Of a stretch of 64,000 nucleotides of DNA, positions 61,616 through 64,000 are shown piece by piece. The DNA lies in NCBI GenBank assembly GCA_021850605.1, contig JAJZLQ010000081.1, forward strand, positions 13,679 to 77,678, read 5' to 3'. Each line of letters starts with the position of its first letter. Within the stretch, counting starts at the first letter, position 1. Under the pieces are notes generated by a model. The model searched no databases. It saw only the letters and a program-made list of their open reading frames with translations, and was not told where the DNA came from. Both the position numbers and the translations under genes were made by a program. The DNA comes from Actinomycetes bacterium (GTDB lineage Bacteria; Actinomycetota; Acidimicrobiia; Acidimicrobiales; Acidimicrobiaceae).

Positions 61616-63198
61616 CGGCTGAACCTTTCCCTAAGTCGCTCGTAGGTGACGCCGTGTTTTTCGGCGATCGCCATCGCGTAGGCCAAGCCGTTTGCATCTC
61701 CCCGAACAACCTTGTAGGTGCGTACCGCCGGGTCCTCGGGAACAATGGTCGAGATCATGCTGACCGTCTTGGGCAAAGTGGCCAGCTCGTCGATGAAGGT
61801 GACGTAGACGGCGAGGAGGTCGAGTTCGATGATCCGCTCGAGCATCCGCTGACCAAGAAAACGCGCATCGTGGAGCGTGGTCGAGCTGAACACCTCATTC
61901 AGCACGATGATGCTTTGGCTGGTCGCGGCCGACAGCGTCTCATGGATCCGCAGCAGGTCTGTCTCGAGCTTTCCGGCCAGGTTGTCGAGGTCCTCCTCTT
62001 TCTCGAACTGGGTGAAGAGCTGGTCGAAGTGGAATAGCCTGGCCCGCTTGCCCGGGACCGGGCAGCCAATGTTCGCCAAATGGTGCAATTGGGCAAAGGT
62101 GCGCGCGAAGGTCGTCTTGCCTCCCTGATTCGGTCCCGAGACGATGATTATGCGCTCCGGGTCCTTCAGGAAGAAGTCGTTTACCACGACGTTGTTCTGG
62201 GATCCGAGCTTGTTGGCCAGAGCGAGGTCGAAGGTGGCTTCCGCGAAGACCTCTTTGGACTGGTCCGTGACCTCCGGAAAGCAGAAGGGCAGGCCTGACG
62301 ATCCGATCGGCGCCAGGAATTCAAGGTAGGCGAGGTAGAACTGGACCTCCCGGTCGAAGACGTCGATCCTGGTATCGCGGAAATCGGCGTACTGGAGGCA
62401 GTATTTGTCGAGCGGCTCGAAGACTTCCGGGAAGAGTTTCGCCACCTGCTCGCTGATTTGGGCCTCGACGTGATTCATCTCGGGCAGATCACGGAATGCA
62501 ACCCGGTAATCCTTGGCGGCTCCACGCTTGAACCGATCGAAGGTCTGGAGGATCTCGGCGCTATAGTCCGACTCGCCTTCGTACCTGCTTACGGTTACGC
62601 GGCTGCCCTGGATTGTTACCAAGTAGACGACTCGGGCCAGATCTTCCACGCGCTGACGGGTGTCATCGGCCAGGTTCCGAAACTTCTCCGAGCTCACGTA
62701 GTCGTCCAAGCAGCGAAGGAAAGACTTCAGTCCCTGCGAGTGCAAATCCGAACCGGAAAGGACGCCCTGAAGGGTGGCTACGGCTTCGCAGTACGTTTTT
62801 GCGGCGTCGAGGAAGAAGCCCTCCCTTTGATACTTGTAGCGGACGGCGTGTGCGCCTCGCAAGTAAGAGCGCATCTTGCGCATCTGGGCGCCGAACCTCT
62901 GAACGCCGGAAATGAGGCTGCGGTCCTGGAGATCGCGGAAGATCTCCTGGCGGTAGGAGATCGTTTCCAGGTCCGGCGCCTTGGAGTAGAAGAAGGCGGC
63001 GAGGTCGTATTCCTCACGGCCCTTGCACAGGGACTCGAGCACCTGTCCCAGGTTTGAGTCCGTGAAGTACGGAGGCGGACCGGGCACCTCCTGTCCGCTC
63101 GCGTGCCCGTCGTACATCAGACTTGCAAAGGGCCTGACTCGTGAGTCGTCCTGGATAATTGGCAAACCGGCGGCGTCAGGAATCTTTGGAACGCTCAT
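61612..63198 (-). CDS. truncated MutS-family ATPase, subunit A
   Basis: SGPNQGGKTT Walker A, IVLNEVFSST Walker B variant, RTYKV...AYAMAIA. Start moved to ATG 63198; ATGA overlap with subunit B. Confidence 0.9.
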   Translation of the reverse strand: MSVPKIPDAAGLPIIQDDSRVRPFASLMYDGHASGQEVPGPPPYFTDSNLGQVLESLCKGREEYDLAAFFYSKAPDLETISYRQEIFRDLQDRSLISGVQRFGAQMRKMRSYLRGAHAVRYKYQREGFFLDAAKTYCEAVATLQGVLSGSDLHSQGLKSFLRCLDDYVSSEKFRNLADDTRQRVEDLARVVYLVTIQGSRVTVSRYEGESDYSAEILQTFDRFKRGAAKDYRVAFRDLPEMNHVEAQISEQVAKLFPEVFEPLDKYCLQYADFRDTRIDVFDREVQFYLAYLEFLAPIGSSGLPFCFPEVTDQSKEVFAEATFDLALANKLGSQNNVVVNDFFLKDPERIIIVSGPNQGGKTTFARTFAQLHHLANIGCPVPGKRARLFHFDQLFTQFEKEEDLDNLAGKLETDLLRIHETLSAATSQSIIVLNEVFSSTTLHDARFLGQRMLERIIELDLLAVYVTFIDELATLPKTVSMISTIVPEDPAVRTYKVVRGDANGLAYAMAIAEKHGVTYERLRERFSR

Positions 63199-64000
63199 GG
63201 TGTCTCCGGCGTCCAGGGCGGGCCAAGAGACGAGAGCAGCGCGGTCGTGGCTGGAACGGGAGGATCGATTTGGCGGCGCTGCTGATGTCGCCTGATGCTG
63301 GCGACGGTTGGGAGTGCTTCGGGTCGGACGCCGGTCTGGGCCGGAAAAGAAGCAGCCCGCAATTCCGGCTTGTCCAGCCGCAGGGACCTGGTCTGCCGAT
63401 TGGCTGTGCAGACGGCATACGGAGGTGGCGGCAGGGGTATCTTGGTCGCGCACGTAGTCGCCAAACATGAACCCGGCAGCGGCGGACCAAGGGCGGCACC
63501 AGTCGATGCGTCTGCGGCACGGATCCAATTCGGAGCGGCGCTGCTATGTCGCCCAGACGATTGGATGACTGGTTCGCTTTCGAGCCTCACGGAGGTGGGG
63601 AAAAGCCGAGAGCAATCCGGGGTTGATTCCAGCGACCGGTCATTTGGAATCTTCACTGCATCTCTCCTGCCAAACGAACTTGTCACTTGGTAGGAGCCAT
63701 CACCCTTGCGGGGCTTTAGTGGCGAGCTCCATCGCCGTTATGAGCCATGATAGTGCGCTTCGGCGCCTCGACCAAGGGCTTGCGATCCGCCCTGACCGGC
63801 AAGCACGTGGTTTCGACCAAATCGCCGGGGTTCGTCTCGGGCGCGGATTGACGTCGCCGGCCCGCCGCACCTTGGTGGAAGGAGAATGTGAGACGGTATT
63901 TATGTGCGTTGGCCTTGCTCCGGCCGGCCCGCTGCTGACAATTGGTTCCCGATTACCGGGCCCTTCGAGTCGGCTCCCTTGGCGCCAGGCGCGACGCACT

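Noticed and set aside
61612-63528. 638-aa version of MutS-A from the ORF track
   Set aside because: The first 110 codons start at a TTG with no RBS and are mostly low-complexity; ATG 63198 follows GGAG and gives a size matching the partner.

Overview
High-GC actinobacterial chromosome segment, most likely Acidimicrobiia (inferred from the core gene order and a secreted protein carrying YWLVASDGGIFSFGDA repeats). Core blocks: tRNA-Pro/tRNA-Gly, tig-clpP-clpX-folC-ndk-mreBCD-mrdA, rne-rplU-rpmA-obgE-proB-proA, class II DAHP synthase, nadD-rsfS. Accessory content: (1) a CstR-like repressor and a rhodanese, each preceded by the same ATACCC-N4-GGGTAT palindrome; (2) a secreted GH25-like hydrolase with 42-aa repeats; (3) an apparent tandem duplication of a promoter-amt-glnK unit. 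The second Amt has Glu in place of the first pore His, the second glnK looks eroded but stays coupled to glnD, and both copies carry GlnR-like boxes; (4) a hutH-C-U-I-G operon of proteobacterial type with two HutC boxes; (5) a FadR / non-canonical HMG-CoA-lyase-like / CoA-transferase trio; (6) island debris at tRNA-Lys (hydrolase pseudogene, ISL3 fragment, possible integrase tail); (7) after tRNA-Arg, an E1-alpha/E1-beta/free lipoyl-domain cassette with no E2 or E3, and two coupled, truncated MutS-family ATPases that both have Walker B D-to-N and no mismatch-binding domain. The best candidates for poorly understood systems are the MutS pair, the His-His versus Glu-His Amt pair and the E2-less dehydrogenase cassette. 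No CRISPR array or rRNA was found. All family calls come from motifs read by eye; no searches were run.
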